Shown here: piece after piece, positions 32,749-34,444 of the stretch | Numbering within the stretch: the first letter of the stretch is position 1 | Layout of the letters: each line of letters opens with the position of its first letter | Assembly: GCF_001194135.2 (NCBI RefSeq) | Contig: NC_068982.1 | Coordinates: forward strand, 96,168,218-96,202,661 | Direction of reading: 5' to 3' | Source of the DNA: Octopus bimaculoides | Lineage: Eukaryota | DNA: 34,444 nucleotides | The notes under the pieces: model-generated | What the model was told of the DNA's origin: nothing | Database searches by the model: none | Seen by the model: the letters and a program-made list of their open reading frames with translations, nothing else | Position numbers and translations under genes: made by a program

Positions 32749-33409
32749 GCCCCATTTGTCTTCAAAATGGATAAAAATACAGGATAAAGTAATCCTGAAT
32801 ATAATATATCAGAAAAGTAAACAGGAGAGTTCTTTCTTCCACTTGTAAATGTCATCAGAGAATGATGGAAGCCATGACTCTGCACAAAACTGGCTCTAAA
32901 AGCGATGTAAAGGTAAGTTTTTTTCTCAAAATTACGCACAGAAATACAATTAAACAATATTATTTCCAAATCTCTATTAAAAAAATTGACATTATAGAAA
33001 CAATTACAAAAAAGAAATATTGCTATTACCTCCCTTCCCAATATCGTAGGAGTCTACATGTAATACATTGAAAATTTTCCATAAGCAAAAATGCATTTTG
33101 TAACCCTCATTGAAAAACCGCTGCATTTCTGCAATACAGCATTAATATACTTAAATACATCTTTATGGAATTACAAGACTTTATCACTATACATATACCA
33201 GCTAAGACTAACACCTGACATACTACATTAATTATAGTAATTTGTTGAAGAGTAAACTAATGGCAAATCAGTTAAAAGTAGAAACATCTACCCATCAATT
33301 TAGCATCACCAAGCTACTGCAAAAATTATACTCTAAGTTTCAGGTACAGAAAGTAGATACCAGCAAACTGACCCACCAGTGGACATGTCACTTCTTCCTG
33401 TCAAGTCAA

Positions 33410-34400
33410 TAGCTTTTGAGCTGCTGCTATCAATGTCAGCAAGATGAATGGTTGGTAAAAAGAGACTGGAATGGTGATGAATAGATGTGTGCTGTGTACA
33501 AGATGGAAAGGATAATGGAGTCGGCATATTGTTGGCAGAGAAATGGGTAAGGTAATAGTGGGGTTTATGTTGTCTTATAACTAGCTTATGCTAGTTATAG
33601 ACAACATCACTGTGATATCTGAATATTTTTGCATACACACTTGTCAGGGTTGATAGATGAATAGTGAAGCCCTCTGCAAGCTGCCTTCAGAATGAAAGGT
33701 GGTGACTTTACTACAGCTAGCAATTTTAATGCACTTTTTGAAGAACACCAGGAGAGTTTCCCTTACATGGAGGTTATGGTTATAATACAAACATGAAAAA
33801 TTAAGGTTCCTGAAGTTTTGTGATGCAAATGATCTATCTGCCATCCAAACTTCAGGAAGCTGGTCAGTCAACTGATCACCTAATATCAGATGAATACACA
33901 TACCAAATAGATCATATTCTCACTAGGAAGGGATAGGTGAATAGTTGTAACTCTAAGCCTTTCCCAATTGAAGAATATACCACCCAGCATTGATTAGTGA
34001 CTTCAGTGTGAGAACTGACAGACTTAAAGACTAAAGCCAATTAGGAGAAAGAAAATATGGAGCTCAGAAGAGCTTTCAACTGACCATAGTTTCAGGAATG
34101 TTTTGAGTGATGCTTGTGACAGAAAAGAGATGGAAACTTTTAGCACAGGAAAAAATGAAATTTCTGTGAGACAACCTGCTGAGGCCAACAAACCAAATCT
34201 ATGGCTACTGCTACGTTCCATCCAGTCAAAGTGACATGTGCTGGAATAACACTGTAGACAAATTCATAACAAGAGACAGGTCTGGAAAAACTGGAATAGC
34301 TCAAAGAGAAGATAGACATCAAGTGGGGTGGGGGGCAAAGAAGGAAGGTTTGCACAGTCTGTGAAGTTGGTATTTGAGGCATGAGGTGTTCTGGATTGCT
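33410..34400 (+). mobile_element. Heavily degenerate RTE LINE fragment (AP endonuclease and linker)
   Basis: Remnants INVSKMNG, NGVGILLAEKWV, HGGYGY, RFLKFCDANDL, QIDHILTRK, FPIEEYTTQH, DNLLRPTNQIYG; many stops and frameshifts. Confidence 0.78.
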
Positions 34401-34408
34401 AGACAGTA

Positions 34409-34444
<36 letters not shown>

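Noticed and set aside
32676-33071. 121-aa minus-strand ORF and a plus-strand ORF with AAG|GTAAGT as a possible neighbouring gene
   Set aside because: No recognisable domain, it overlaps a hAT MITE, and no partner exons were found.
1-34444. CRISPR array, operon or prokaryotic defence system
   Set aside because: Eukaryotic intron-exon DNA; no regularly spaced repeat-spacer array or compact gene cluster.

Overview
This is eukaryotic, AT-rich, intron-rich DNA with two assembly gaps (4515-5034, 20440-21271). The repeat families (tRNA-derived SINEs, RTE LINEs with (GAT)n tails, TA/CA microsatellites) point to an Octopus-type cephalopod; that assignment is inference. The window holds one complete protein-coding gene on the + strand, a KRIT1/CCM1 orthologue. 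I assembled it by hand from 16 coding exons between 5507 and 31507. All introns are GT-AG, all phases join in frame, and the CDS is 2187 nt (728 aa plus stop). Domain order is Nudix-like N-terminus, NPxY/F region, ankyrin repeats, FERM. The ORF track misses most of these exons. The rest is transposon debris, several pieces nested: a Tc1/mariner deletion derivative, a hAT element with a perfect 8-bp TSD inside a SINE, a piggyBac-type MITE, hAT MITEs, a young 5'-truncated RTE LINE, older RTE remnants, an R4/Dong-like REL-endonuclease retroelement, and many SINEs. I see no convincing new multi-gene system. The best leads are altered KRIT1 partner motifs (third NPxF is NIYW, a diverged Rap1 surface, a possible C-terminal PDZ ligand), a candidate 30-nt microexon, inverted retroelement copies flanking an in-frame exon pair, and a ~220-bp intronic duplication. 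Human KRIT1 comparisons come from memory and need verification.
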